Below, piece after piece: positions 45,362 through 55,501 of a stretch of DNA of 64,000 bases. Source of the stretch: Deltaproteobacteria bacterium (GTDB lineage Bacteria; Desulfobacterota; DSM-4660; Desulfatiglandales; B25-G16); contig CP070673.1 in assembly GCA_020351915.1 (NCBI GenBank), forward strand, positions 4,235,882 through 4,299,881. Reading direction: 5' to 3'. The notes under the pieces are model-generated. The model was not told where the DNA came from. It made no database searches and worked only from the letters and a program-made list of their open reading frames with translations. Numbering within the stretch: position 1 is the stretch's first letter; every line of letters starts with the position of its first letter. Position numbers and translations under genes: made by a program.

Positions 45362-48300
45362 GGATTCCAAGAACAGCGGTGAGCAAAAGGACGAGTGTGG
45401 TCGTCCTGGCCATTATCATCATTATATTTGGGTACTTGGCCTACAACTCCCTGCCCCGGGAGGCAGCCCCGGATATCACCATACCGTATATCTTCGTCAT
45501 GACCCGCTATCCCGGTGTGGCTCCGGAGGATATCGAGCAATCAATTACCATCCCCATAGAGAAAAAGCTCAAGGGTCTGGAGGCGGTCAAGCAAATCAGG
45601 TCTTCAAGCACCGAGGGCATGAGCTCCATCGTCATAGAGTTCGTCGCCGGAACCGATATCGAGGAAGTTCTCAACAAAACCAAAGACAAGGTCGACCTAG
45701 CCAAGCCGGATCTGCCGGCCGACCTCGAGGAGGATCCAGAGGTGATTGAAATCAACATCTCTGAACTACCAATTCTGGTGCTGTCCCTCTCCGGGCCTGT
45801 GGGGCTGGTTAGGCTCAAGGAGATCGCCGAGGAACTGCAGGACGACATCGAGTCCATTCCCGGTGTTCTTGAGGCCGAGGTTACCGGTGGATTTGAACGG
45901 GAGATCAGGGTTGAACCCGACCCTGATAAGCTCGCCTACTATGGACTTTCTATTCTGAGCCTTCAGGATGTGATCACCAAGGAAAACCAGAACGTCTCCG
46001 GCGGAGCCATTCGTATGGGTGATGGCCGATTTCAGCTTCGTGTTCCCGGTGAGTTTCAGAGCCCCGGCGAGATCTATGGGCTCATCGTAGGGCTTCACAG
46101 CGGCAGACCCGTCTACCTCAAAGACGTGGCCCGCGTTGTGGACGGGTTCAAAGACGAGGAAGGTCGCTCGCGGCTGAACGGCTACGAGGCGATCAACATT
46201 GCGGTCAAGAAACGGGCCGGCGAAAACGTGATCCGTATCTCAGAGCAGATCGATAAAATGATCGAAGAGCAAAAACCAGCCTGGCCCTCAGGGGTCAGGG
46301 TGACAAAGCTCATGGACCATGCAAAAGATATCCGCATCATGGTCGCCGACCTGGAGAACAACCTTATCACCGGTTTGATCCTGGTCATCGTCGTTCTCTT
46401 CTTCGTTATGGGCGCGCGCAATGCCGTACTGGTGAGCCTAGCAATTCCCTTCTCCATGCTCATATCATTTATGGTGCTGAGCATGCTAGGCATTACCCTG
46501 AATATGATAGTGCTCTTCTCCCTTACTCTTTCCCTGGGCATGCTTGTTGATAACGCCATTGTCATCATTGAAAACATCTTCCGGTATATGGAGCAGGGGG
46601 TGCCTCGCATTCAAGCTGCAATAAGGGCAACCAGCGAGGTCGCGCAGCCGGTCACCGCCTCCACGCTCACCACGGTAGCCGCCTTTTTTCCGCTCCTGTT
46701 TTGGCCGGGAATCATGGGTGAGTGGATGGGATACCTGCCCAAGGCGGTGATTATCACCCTCTCCTCTTCCCTGTTTGTGGCAATGGTCATAAATCCGGCC
46801 CTGGCGGCGATCTTCTTGCGGCTTCCGGCTGGTCATTGTTTTGCCAAGGCCAAGGCCACCGCCGAGGAGATCGAACGGGCCGGTGAGGCACCGATAACCG
46901 TTCGAGGAGCTCTGCTAAGGGGTTATCGACGGCTCTTGGATGCGGCGCTCAACAACCGGCTGGCGGTGCTGAGTATGGCCTTACTTGCCGTTGTGGCCAT
47001 GGCCATGATCTGGCTTTACGAGATCGGGATCGAGAAGCCAATCGAGTTCTTCCCTAACATCGATCCCCATGGCATCTACATCAATCTTGATACGCCCGAA
47101 GGGGCAGATCTTGAGTACTCGGACAGAATTGCCCGTCAGGTGGAGATGGCACTCTGTAATGGCGCCGGAATGCGCCTGGCTTCACCGGATTCCGATCCAG
47201 CCCGGTGCTACTATACCAATACGGATAGAAAGACCCATACCCTGCGTCAAGGCCAGCAGGTCGTGGGCCTCACCGATATGGCAAACGTCAAGCATATCTA
47301 CTCCCGCACGGTGGCAGTCACTGGTGGCAGCTCCGCCTTTGAGCAGAATTTGCCTAACCATATCGGCATCCAGTTCTACGACATCGAGGACCGGGTAGAA
47401 CCCTCCACCCAGACAGTGGAGGAGATACGAAAGAGAGTCAAGGACATTCCCGGGGCCCAGATTACCGTGGCCGAGCAGGAGGAGGGTCCACCGACGGGGG
47501 CCCCGATCAATATCGAGATCGTAGGGGATACCTTCCATGTCCTGGGAAGCATCGCTCAGCAGGTTAGGAGCGTTCTCGACAAGATTCCATTTGTTCAGGA
47601 CGTCCGAGACGATTACGTACCGGGCTCACCCACGGTCAGGGTCAGGGTAGACCGGCAGAAAGCGGCCTTACTGGACCTGTCTACCGATATTATCGGCTTC
47701 GCCCTCAAGGTAGCCTTCAACGGCCTAAAGGTCTCCACCTTTCGGGAGGGAGATGAGGACTATGACATTACTGTGCAACTTGCTGAGTCCGATCGCAAGG
47801 TCACCGACGTCCTGCGCGAGCTCCTTATCCCCACGCCGGAAGGCCTCGTTCCCCTGAGCACGGTCACCACATTCGAGATTGGAGGTGGCCTCGGCCAGGT
47901 TAACCGTATCAACCACGAGCGAGTGGTGACAGTAAAGGCAAATGTCGATGAGGAAAAGGTGCCTGGTCCGGTCGTTCGCGCCCAGGCGGAGAAAATCCTG
48001 GCCGACTTTTCGCTGCCACCCGGATACAAGATTCGGTTCACGGGGGAGCTCGAATTTCAGCAGGAGGCTCAGGCTTTTCTCTCAAAGGCCTTTGCTGCAG
48101 CGATACTCCTGATCATCCTTATTCTCGTCACCCAGTTCAACTCGGTCTCCCAGCCACTGATCATCATGACCTCAGTCATCCTCTCATTAGGGGGAGTCTT
48201 TTTGGGCCTGACCTTCATGGAACTTCCCTTTGGCATCATCATGACTGGGGTTGGCGTTATTTCCCTGGCTGGCGTCGTCGTCAACAATGCCATTGTCCTC

Positions 48301-48687
48301 ATCGATTATACCAACCGGCTCCACCAAAGAGGGATGCACTTCCGGGAGGCGATTGTCGCCGCCGGTTGCACCCGGCTGCGACCGGTCCTGTTGACCGCGG
48401 TCACAACGATTCTTGGCCTGTTGCCCATGGTCACCGGTATCGCATTTGATTTCCATAAGATGGAAATTTCCTGGGTCAGTGAGTCGAGCCAGTGGTGGAG
48501 CTCTATGGCCAGCGCTGTCATCTTCGGTCTGGCCCTTGCCACAGTGCTGACCCTTGTGGTAGTCCCGACCCTCTATTCTCTGATCTACACCACCAGTCGT
48601 TCCGTGGAGCGCGGTGTCAAACGTATCCGCCGAGCCTACTGGGCTCCATACTACCGCCTGACCGGCACCACCCCAGAGGACAAATAG
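45358..48687 (+). CDS. RND efflux transporter permease (AcrB/CzcA superfamily)
   Basis: The protein is 1109 aa with a 12-TM layout and two large periplasmic loops. The motifs GMLVDNAIVIIENI and VVNNAIVLIDY are conserved in TM4 and TM10. Confidence 0.9.
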   Translation: MRIPRTAVSKRTSVVVLAIIIIIFGYLAYNSLPREAAPDITIPYIFVMTRYPGVAPEDIEQSITIPIEKKLKGLEAVKQIRSSSTEGMSSIVIEFVAGTDIEEVLNKTKDKVDLAKPDLPADLEEDPEVIEINISELPILVLSLSGPVGLVRLKEIAEELQDDIESIPGVLEAEVTGGFEREIRVEPDPDKLAYYGLSILSLQDVITKENQNVSGGAIRMGDGRFQLRVPGEFQSPGEIYGLIVGLHSGRPVYLKDVARVVDGFKDEEGRSRLNGYEAINIAVKKRAGENVIRISEQIDKMIEEQKPAWPSGVRVTKLMDHAKDIRIMVADLENNLITGLILVIVVLFFVMGARNAVLVSLAIPFSMLISFMVLSMLGITLNMIVLFSLTLSLGMLVDNAIVIIENIFRYMEQGVPRIQAAIRATSEVAQPVTASTLTTVAAFFPLLFWPGIMGEWMGYLPKAVIITLSSSLFVAMVINPALAAIFLRLPAGHCFAKAKATAEEIERAGEAPITVRGALLRGYRRLLDAALNNRLAVLSMALLAVVAMAMIWLYEIGIEKPIEFFPNIDPHGIYINLDTPEGADLEYSDRIARQVEMALCNGAGMRLASPDSDPARCYYTNTDRKTHTLRQGQQVVGLTDMANVKHIYSRTVAVTGGSSAFEQNLPNHIGIQFYDIEDRVEPSTQTVEEIRKRVKDIPGAQITVAEQEEGPPTGAPINIEIVGDTFHVLGSIAQQVRSVLDKIPFVQDVRDDYVPGSPTVRVRVDRQKAALLDLSTDIIGFALKVAFNGLKVSTFREGDEDYDITVQLAESDRKVTDVLRELLIPTPEGLVPLSTVTTFEIGGGLGQVNRINHERVVTVKANVDEEKVPGPVVRAQAEKILADFSLPPGYKIRFTGELEFQQEAQAFLSKAFAAAILLIILILVTQFNSVSQPLIIMTSVILSLGGVFLGLTFMELPFGIIMTGVGVISLAGVVVNNAIVLIDYTNRLHQRGMHFREAIVAAGCTRLRPVLLTAVTTILGLLPMVTGIAFDFHKMEISWVSESSQWWSSMASAVIFGLALATVLTLVVVPTLYSLIYTTSRSVERGVKRIRRAYWAPYYRLTGTTPEDK

Positions 48688-48929
48688 ATCGGCGCTGTTT
48701 CATCCTCTTGATACCTGGGCCCTCCTTTCTCTGCCTCAGATCGTTCCCTTCCTTATGGGTTCATCCAATAGCAATCAAAAGATATCAGGACTTGAGTTCT
48801 ATGCTATTTTAAGCTAATAGAGCATGGAATAGAACTCAATATCACACGCAAGACTTGATTTCCAAAGCTTCTATTCTTGTTTTGTTTTGGATAAAAGCTA
48901 TTGCTGAAAAAAGGGAAGGGAAAGGCGCT

Positions 48930-50429
48930 ATGCTCGCTCAAAGACCCAAAAAACATCTCAGATTACTACTGTTTTTCTTGCTTCTCATTGTATCCATTAC
49001 ATCCCATCCATTTCCCCCTTGGCTCTCCACAGGACTTGCTCATGCCGCCAACGCCCATGGCCCCTATCAGGGTCAAGAAACCAATCCCACTCTCATGAGT
49101 CCCGGTCCTCCCGGGTTTCTCTATGGCCCTAGCACAATAGAGAAAGGAGCACAAAACACAGCGCCGCGTCAGGATCTGCTTGTTCAGATACAAGGGGACT
49201 CAGGCCTTGGGCAACGTTCCCAGCAGCAGAGTGTTGCCGGAAGCATCTGGTTGGCCCTTTTGGCACTTTTCTTGGGGGGTCTGGCTCTCAATCTTACCCC
49301 TTGTGTGTATCCCCTTATCCCCATAACGATATCCTATTTCGGCGGAAAGAGTGAGAAGATAAGAGGTCACACGATAGTTCATGGGATGCTGTATATGTTT
49401 GGCCTGGCTGTGACCAATTCCTTACTGGGCCTGTCAGCCGCTTTATCAGGGGGTATGCTCGGTGCCGCCCTTCAGCACCCTGTGGTTTTGATCTTTGTAG
49501 CCAGTGTGATGGTTGCCATGGGGCTGAGTTTCTTCGGGCTGTGGGAACTCAGACTGCCGCAATCGCTAACACAGTTTGCATCCAAGGGATACCCTGGCTT
49601 TTTGGGAACATTCTTTATGGGCCTGACCCTTGGCATAGTTGCCGCACCTTGTTTGGGCCCGTTTATTCTGGGACTGTTAATCTATGTAGGGCAAATGGGA
49701 AATCCTTTTCTTGGTTTCCTTTATTTCTTTGTCCTGAGTATTGGCTTGGGCCTTCCCCTTGCGATTTTGGCCGTTTTTTCAGGAGCTGTAGCCAGGTTAC
49801 CAAAGTCAGGGGATTGGATGCTATGGATTAGAAAGCTGATGGGCTGGGTCTTGATGGCTATGGCAGCCTTTATGATCAGCTTCGTAGTATCACACAACCT
49901 TTTTAGACCTGCTCTTTTGGCAGGGGTAGCGATAGCAGCAGGTATCCATCTCGGCTGGCTTGACAAAACAGGAAAAAAAGTCAGAGTTTTTTCATATGCC
50001 AAAAAGATAGCGGGCGTCGCTATAGTATGCGGCGGCATCATCTACCTGCTCCTTGGAATTCGTCCTGTGGGGAAAATTGCATGGATTCCATATGATGAAG
50101 CTATCCTTACAAAGGCCTGTGAAGAAAAAAGGCCGGTGGTGATAGATTTTTATGCTGACTGGTGTGCGCCTTGTCGGATAATGGATAAGCAGGTATTTAC
50201 GGACCCCGAAGTGATAAAACGCGCGCGTGAGGTGATAACCGTGCGTGCAGATTTGACAAAATGGCAACCATTTCACGATAAGCTGTTGACAAAGTATCAA
50301 ATCCGAGGCATTCCAACGGTAGTTTTCATTAATAAGGGGTGCATTGAGGAAAGAGGCCTGAGGATTGAATACCTGGTGGGTAAGTCCGAGCTTCTTGATA
50401 GATTGGGAAGGTTACTGAGAAAATTGTGA
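48930..50429 (+). CDS. DsbD/CcdA-type thiol:disulfide interchange membrane protein with C-terminal thioredoxin domain
   Basis: LNLTPCVYPLIPI and VAAPCLGPFILG hold the two TM cysteines. The C-terminal thioredoxin fold carries YADWCAPCR. The start is set at the ATG at 48930, which has a purine-rich SD. Confidence 0.8.
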   Translation: MLAQRPKKHLRLLLFFLLLIVSITSHPFPPWLSTGLAHAANAHGPYQGQETNPTLMSPGPPGFLYGPSTIEKGAQNTAPRQDLLVQIQGDSGLGQRSQQQSVAGSIWLALLALFLGGLALNLTPCVYPLIPITISYFGGKSEKIRGHTIVHGMLYMFGLAVTNSLLGLSAALSGGMLGAALQHPVVLIFVASVMVAMGLSFFGLWELRLPQSLTQFASKGYPGFLGTFFMGLTLGIVAAPCLGPFILGLLIYVGQMGNPFLGFLYFFVLSIGLGLPLAILAVFSGAVARLPKSGDWMLWIRKLMGWVLMAMAAFMISFVVSHNLFRPALLAGVAIAAGIHLGWLDKTGKKVRVFSYAKKIAGVAIVCGGIIYLLLGIRPVGKIAWIPYDEAILTKACEEKRPVVIDFYADWCAPCRIMDKQVFTDPEVIKRAREVITVRADLTKWQPFHDKLLTKYQIRGIPTVVFINKGCIEERGLRIEYLVGKSELLDRLGRLLRKL

Positions 50430-50441
50430 CCTTCTCCAACA

Positions 50442-50642
50442 TTACGCTAGAACGTGATGAGCGCTTTTTGCCTGTGGGATTTCGTAGATCTCTTTCCCTG
50501 AGGACCATGACCTCTCAAAGGCCACTACAATCTCGGGGTCGAATTGGGTGCTTGCATTCCTCCTTATCTCTTCAAAGGCAACCGGGCCAGCACCCTGCAA
50601 TCGCTTAAGAGTGTTTGCATGGGTAACAGATAGAGTACTCAT
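50442..50642 (-). pseudogene. Probable 3' remnant of an HD / HD-GYP domain gene
   Basis: The 66 codons contain AFEEIRRNASTQFDPEIVVAF, which resembles the conserved C-terminal end of HD-GYP/HD domains. The frame is closed by a stop immediately upstream of its first ATG, 30 nt from the ABC gene stop. Confidence 0.4.
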
Positions 50643-50672
50643 TTAAGCTCACCGGAGCTCATGGCGGGAAGC

Positions 50673-52781
50673 CTAAGCCTCCGGTTTATGCAACAGATTC
50701 AACCGATAGTAGATATTCTTCAAGCCTATCAGTTCCTCGTGGGTACCTTGTTCTACGATGCGACCACGGTGCATTACCAGAATCCTATCCGCCATCTGAA
50801 TAGTCGAAGGCCGGTGGGCAACAATGAGCGTGGTCTGCCTTTTTGACAGCCTAAAAATAGAGTCTTGAATCAGCCGTTCTGTCTCCGGATCCACGCTGGA
50901 GGTGGCCTCGTCCAAAACCAGAAGCGTAGGATCATATGCCAATGCCCGGCTCAGTGCTAAAAGCTGACGTTCCCCGGCAGAAAGGGTTACGCCTTCCTCT
51001 TTCACCTCATGGCTAAAACCTCCTGGTAACCGATTAATGAACTGATATGCGTTTACCTGTCTGGACACATCTTCCAGTTTTTCTCTGCTGGTCTTTTCAT
51101 CACCCAAGCATATATTTTCTGCAATAGTGCCTGCAAAGATAAATACATCCTGCATGACCAGGCCTATTCGGGAACGAAGCTCGCCTATCCTCCATTCCCT
51201 GATATCAAGCCCATCAAAGAGGATATCGCCCTTTTCAAGTTCATAAAATCTTTCCAAAAGACTGATCGCTGTTGTTTTTCCTGAGCCCGTATAGCCAACG
51301 AGGGCCACGATCTGCCCTGGCTTGATTTCAAAAGAAACGCCCTTAAGAACCGGAAAGCCCTCACTATAGGAAAAAGAGACGTTTTTGAATTCCACATGAC
51401 CCTCTCTTCTCACCGATCGTTTGGGTATTATTGGCTCCTGAATTACCTCTCTTTGATCCATAAGCCCAAATATCCGTTCCATGCTCGCCATTGCAGACTG
51501 CATTATGTTGTATTTTTCTGAGATATCCCGTATCGGTTTGAAAAACATCTGGATGTAACCGATAAAGGCCACGAGAGAGCCCAAACTGAGCTGTTCCCCT
51601 ATCACCTTTCCCCCACCATACCAAATCAAAAGACCGATACCCACCGAGGAAAGAACCTCCATGGCGGGCATGAACACGGCAAAGATCCTAATCTGCCTCA
51701 GGCTGGCAAGGTAGTTCTTATGGTTGAGCTCTTCAAACCTCTTAAGCTGGGATCTTTCCTGGACAAAAAGCTGAATAATCCGTATACCTGAAAGCCTCTC
51801 CTGCAAAAATGCATTGATCGCAGCAATGTGTTGTCTTATCTCCCGGAATACCTCTCGTGCCCGTGTGCTAAAAAACAGTGTTAGTGCGAACACCGCAGGA
51901 AGGAGCATAAAGGAGATGAGTGCCAAACGCCAATTCAGGTACACCAACACCACTATAATACCGCTCAGCACAAAGACATCCTTGAAGATAGTGATGAGCA
52001 CTGATTTGAACATCTCGTTTAGATTTTCGATGTCATTGGTCACCCGGGTAACCAGTCTCCCCACTGGATTACGGTCAAAAAACTGAACGGCCTGCCCCTG
52101 AATCCGGCCAAAAAGCTCCATCCTGATATCCTGCATCATATTCTGTCCGGATTTCTCCAGAAGGTAAAACTCCCAATAATTCAAGACGAGTGAGCCTCCA
52201 ATCAAAAGAAGCAAGAATAGCCCCACCAGCAGTAAACCGTTAAGGTCTCTGTGTCTCAATGTTGCTATCTGATCAGGAGAAAAACCCTTGAGTGCTTCAC
52301 CGGATATATACACAGAGGAACCTTCTCCTCTTATGAGCGCTTCAGGATTCAATAACCCGTTCTTGTTTACTGCCTCAACAGAAACCCTATAAAAGCCTAC
52401 CTTCGAAATAATCCCCCTGTCGTAGTAACGTCTGAGATCTCCGGGATCAATCTGTTTGATATGAGCATTGGAGATAAAACCCAACCCCGTTTCTTCTGTA
52501 GCCACAACCAAATGGCCGTATCGGTCGGAGAACTCAGTCGCTAAATTCCGGTTTTTCTGCTGCTTGACGGGGTACCAGAGCGACAGTATGTATCTGTCTA
52601 TAGCAATCTTGGGAAGGTAGGGAATAGCCAGATCAAACAGGGTAATCAAAATCGTTAAGCCCAGGGCAAGCACGATGGGTTTTCTATAAGGCCGTGAATA
52701 GGGAATGAGTCTCTTTAACAGTCTCCTATTGTATGGTTTGCCAAGATGCCCTTCTTCCATATATCCATAATCAAACTGCAT
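50673..52781 (-). CDS. ABC exporter, fused permease/ATPase, with enlarged TM1-TM2 loop
   Basis: Walker A is GYTGSGKTT, the signature is LSAGERQL and Walker B is LLVLDEATS. At 702 aa it is about 115 residues longer than its partner, with the extra residues between TM1 and TM2. Confidence 0.85.
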   Translation of the reverse strand: MQFDYGYMEEGHLGKPYNRRLLKRLIPYSRPYRKPIVLALGLTILITLFDLAIPYLPKIAIDRYILSLWYPVKQQKNRNLATEFSDRYGHLVVATEETGLGFISNAHIKQIDPGDLRRYYDRGIISKVGFYRVSVEAVNKNGLLNPEALIRGEGSSVYISGEALKGFSPDQIATLRHRDLNGLLLVGLFLLLLIGGSLVLNYWEFYLLEKSGQNMMQDIRMELFGRIQGQAVQFFDRNPVGRLVTRVTNDIENLNEMFKSVLITIFKDVFVLSGIIVVLVYLNWRLALISFMLLPAVFALTLFFSTRAREVFREIRQHIAAINAFLQERLSGIRIIQLFVQERSQLKRFEELNHKNYLASLRQIRIFAVFMPAMEVLSSVGIGLLIWYGGGKVIGEQLSLGSLVAFIGYIQMFFKPIRDISEKYNIMQSAMASMERIFGLMDQREVIQEPIIPKRSVRREGHVEFKNVSFSYSEGFPVLKGVSFEIKPGQIVALVGYTGSGKTTAISLLERFYELEKGDILFDGLDIREWRIGELRSRIGLVMQDVFIFAGTIAENICLGDEKTSREKLEDVSRQVNAYQFINRLPGGFSHEVKEEGVTLSAGERQLLALSRALAYDPTLLVLDEATSSVDPETERLIQDSIFRLSKRQTTLIVAHRPSTIQMADRILVMHRGRIVEQGTHEELIGLKNIYYRLNLLHKPEA

Positions 52782-52783
52782 GG

Positions 52784-54535
52784 CTATCGACCGCCTTCCA
52801 ATTCCTCACGCAACCGCTGCCTTTCATAGAGCCGGGTATATTCCCCCCGTGCGGCAAAAAGGGTTGCATGGTCACCCCATTCTACGAGCTTGCCAGCCTT
52901 GAGCACAAAGATGATATCCGTCCTTCTAATGGTTGAAAGTCTGTGAGAGACAATAATATTCGTTTTTCCGCGCCTTATCTCCAGCACACTGTTGAGTATT
53001 GCAGCCTCAGTGCCGGTATCTACTTGAGAGAGCGCGTCATCCAAAATGAGGATGGAAGGATTTGAAATAAGGGCTCGTGCTATAGTCAGCCTCTGTCTCT
53101 GTCCTCCCGATAGCGTTATCCCTTTTTCTCCAACAAGGGAGTGGATGCCCTGGGGAAAAGAATCAATTTCGTCTGCCAACTGAGATGCCTCAAGGGCAAT
53201 TTCTATAGAATCCTCATCGATTCCCTGCCTACCGAAGACTATATTGTTTCGGACGGTATCGGAAAAGATGTGGGTCTCTTGGGTAACAAACCCTATGGAC
53301 CCCCTTACATTTGCCAGGTCTATATCATGGAGGGGAATTCCTTCAATGTGTATCATGCCTCGTTCCGTTTCCACCAACCGTGGTATAGTCTGAAGAAGCG
53401 TGCTCTTGCCGGATCCTACTCCCCCGACGATTGCAATGGTCTGTCCGGGCTCTATGGTGAAGGTTATATCTCTTAGGGCAGGATCCTCTTTCTGTGGATA
53501 ACAGTATGTTAAACCGTCCACCGCAATTTTCCCCCTAATAGGCCCCTTATATGGATTGGTTATTTGATCGGTGATTTCAGGAACCTCATCCAATATCCCG
53601 TTTATCCTCCTCATGGAGGCAGAACCTCTCTGGATCAAGTTGGTAACCCAACCAAGTGCCATCAGGGGCCAGGTAAGAAGGTTAAGGTAGCTGATAAAGG
53701 CTACAAAATCGCCAGTGGTAATATTCCCAAGAATCGTCAGTCTTCCTCCAATCCAGATCACAATGGCCAGTCCGAGATTCGTGAATAATGTCATCACGGG
53801 AAAAAAGAGGGCAAGGCTTCTGGCCAACTCCAGATTATTTCTGACGTATGTTTCCCCTGTTTCTTTTACTCTCCCATACCCCCACGACTGGCGATTATAG
53901 GCCTTAATGATCCTAATTCCTGCGAGGGCCTCCCTGACAGACTCTGTCACCTCAGAAAAGGTCTGTTGTACCTGCCTGAATCCTTTCCCCATCCTGCGGG
54001 TAATAATGAGGGTAAAATAGACGATAAAAGGTGTGGGAATGAGTGAGATGAGGGTTAATTCTACGTTTATATATAACATAAATCCAATAGTCGCCAGCCC
54101 GAGTACAATTCCGTCGGTCAGAGCAACTAATCCCATACCGGTAGCCATTCTCACCGCATCGATATCGTTTACAGCTCGTGCCATCAAATCCCCTGTTTTT
54201 ACCCTCCAGTAAAACGAAAGGGACAAGGTCTGCAGATGCCTATATATTCTATTCCTGAGGGCCTGTTCCACCTTCCTGGCGTGACCAAATACAAGGTACC
54301 GCCAAATGTATCTGAAAACTGCCATAGTGAGGGCAATTCCCACTATGATCAGGGCGTACGTTAGCAAAAGCCTCACGCTTGCCTGACCCATAGTGAGGGC
54401 ATCTATTGATTTTTTGATGATCCGGGGAATGAACAGCTGCAGGGCATCTACCAACAAGAGGCTGGAGAGTCCAAGAGCGAGGGCTATCCGATTTTCAATG
54501 AAATAGATTTTAAGAGGTTTGAAATCTCTGAGCAT
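52784..54535 (-). CDS. ABC exporter, fused permease/ATPase (partner of a heterodimeric pair)
   Basis: Walker A is GGVGSGKST, the signature is LSGGQRQR and Walker B is ILILDDALS. It sits 2 nt upstream of the second ABC gene. Confidence 0.9.
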   Translation of the reverse strand: MLRDFKPLKIYFIENRIALALGLSSLLLVDALQLFIPRIIKKSIDALTMGQASVRLLLTYALIIVGIALTMAVFRYIWRYLVFGHARKVEQALRNRIYRHLQTLSLSFYWRVKTGDLMARAVNDIDAVRMATGMGLVALTDGIVLGLATIGFMLYINVELTLISLIPTPFIVYFTLIITRRMGKGFRQVQQTFSEVTESVREALAGIRIIKAYNRQSWGYGRVKETGETYVRNNLELARSLALFFPVMTLFTNLGLAIVIWIGGRLTILGNITTGDFVAFISYLNLLTWPLMALGWVTNLIQRGSASMRRINGILDEVPEITDQITNPYKGPIRGKIAVDGLTYCYPQKEDPALRDITFTIEPGQTIAIVGGVGSGKSTLLQTIPRLVETERGMIHIEGIPLHDIDLANVRGSIGFVTQETHIFSDTVRNNIVFGRQGIDEDSIEIALEASQLADEIDSFPQGIHSLVGEKGITLSGGQRQRLTIARALISNPSILILDDALSQVDTGTEAAILNSVLEIRRGKTNIIVSHRLSTIRRTDIIFVLKAGKLVEWGDHATLFAARGEYTRLYERQRLREELEGGR

Positions 54536-54724
54536 GCTATCCTGCTCCGTACCAAGATGATTGGAAAAACCTAGAGAGCCTTAACCATATAAGAAGACAG
54601 TAAGGATTTTCAATCGGTTTTTCCTCTGCCCCCCATGAATCAACAAAATACTTTCTCAGTCTATCGAAACACTGTCCATGTGTTTTATCTCGGCCTCTGA
54701 ATAAAAGAGGTGCAAGGAGAGAAG

Positions 54725-54820
54725 ATGTGGGATGGGAGACTAAAGGGGAGCGGCTTGGCGCGCTCCGCTCAGCTGGGAGTTTTGCTGTTGCCTATCGTTG
54801 ACAGCACGTCAACAATCTAA
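54725..54820 (+). CDS. Candidate small ORF (31 aa), or part of a small RNA
   Basis: AAGGAGA at 54714-54720 lies 4 nt before the ATG at 54725. My translation is MWDGRLKGSGLARSAQLGVLLLPIVDSTSTI. A hairpin plus T-run follows. The ORF is on the strand opposite to both flanking genes. Confidence 0.2.
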   Translation: MWDGRLKGSGLARSAQLGVLLLPIVDSTSTI

Positions 54821-54824
54821 ACCT

Positions 54825-54862
54825 CCAGCACCTGCGGGAACCTGATGTGCTCGGGGTTTTTT
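54825..54862 (+). terminator. Candidate intrinsic terminator (plus strand)
   Basis: CCAGCAC ... GTGCTCGG forms an imperfect stem followed by GGTTTTTT at 54855-54862. No annotated plus-strand gene lies upstream except the small-ORF candidate. Confidence 0.3.
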
Positions 54863-54919
54863 GACTCCTCTGCCTTTAGGCTAAATAATTTGGAAAGGCT
54901 TTTTCTAAACTTGTGGCGT

Positions 54920-55501
54920 TTACCGCTTGTATCGTCCCATTAGTTGCCCCTCGGCCAAGATATGCCCTTCCATCTCCTTGAGTAGTTGTGCTTTCGTGAT
55001 TCCAGCTTCTGAAGGAATCTCTGCATCCAGCGCATAGAGTTTGAAATAGTATCGATGGGTTCCACTAGGTGGACAGGGACCTCCGTAGCTCAATTTTCGA
55101 AAATCATTGGTTCCATGTTTCGCGCCATTTTCAAGGATCTCTTTGGGGGGAACACTGGCAGGCAAGTCCTTTGTGCTCGGTGGTATATTAAAGAGCACCC
55201 AATGGACCCAAGTTCCCACGGGCGCGTCAGGGTCATCGCAGATAAGCGCGATGCTCTTGGTCCCCTCGGGGACGCCTGTCCATGCCAAGGGGGGTGAGAT
55301 ATCTTCTCCATCACAGGTATATTGCCTTGGAATCATGCCACCTTCAGTGAAAGCAGTGCTTGTAATTGTGATTGCCATTTTTTTACCTCCTTTCGTTTTG
55401 GAGTAAAGTTCATCGCTGCCCTGCACAAGGCAGAGAAAAACGAATGAGATCAGGATACAGAGAATTCTCTTATACATTGTTAAACTCCTCGACCATTTCA
55501 T
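54920..55501 (-). CDS. YbhB/YbcL family (PEBP / Raf kinase inhibitor-like) protein, secreted
   Basis: ITSTAFTEGGMIPRQYTCDGEDISPPLAW, DPDAP and WVHW..NIP are family motifs. The signal peptide is MYKRILCILISFVFLCLVQG. Confidence 0.85.
   Translation of the reverse strand: MKWSRSLTMYKRILCILISFVFLCLVQGSDELYSKTKGGKKMAITITSTAFTEGGMIPRQYTCDGEDISPPLAWTGVPEGTKSIALICDDPDAPVGTWVHWVLFNIPPSTKDLPASVPPKEILENGAKHGTNDFRKLSYGGPCPPSGTHRYYFKLYALDAEIPSEAGITKAQLLKEMEGHILAEGQLMGRYKR

Noticed and set aside
45507-48542. Many 60-140 aa ORFs on the minus strand and in alternative frames inside the RND pump gene, with similar ORFs inside the GcdA-like, ABC and OFOR genes
   Set aside because: These are shadow ORFs inside long, well-supported genes. 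Their composition is Arg/Ser/Pro-rich and they carry no motifs.
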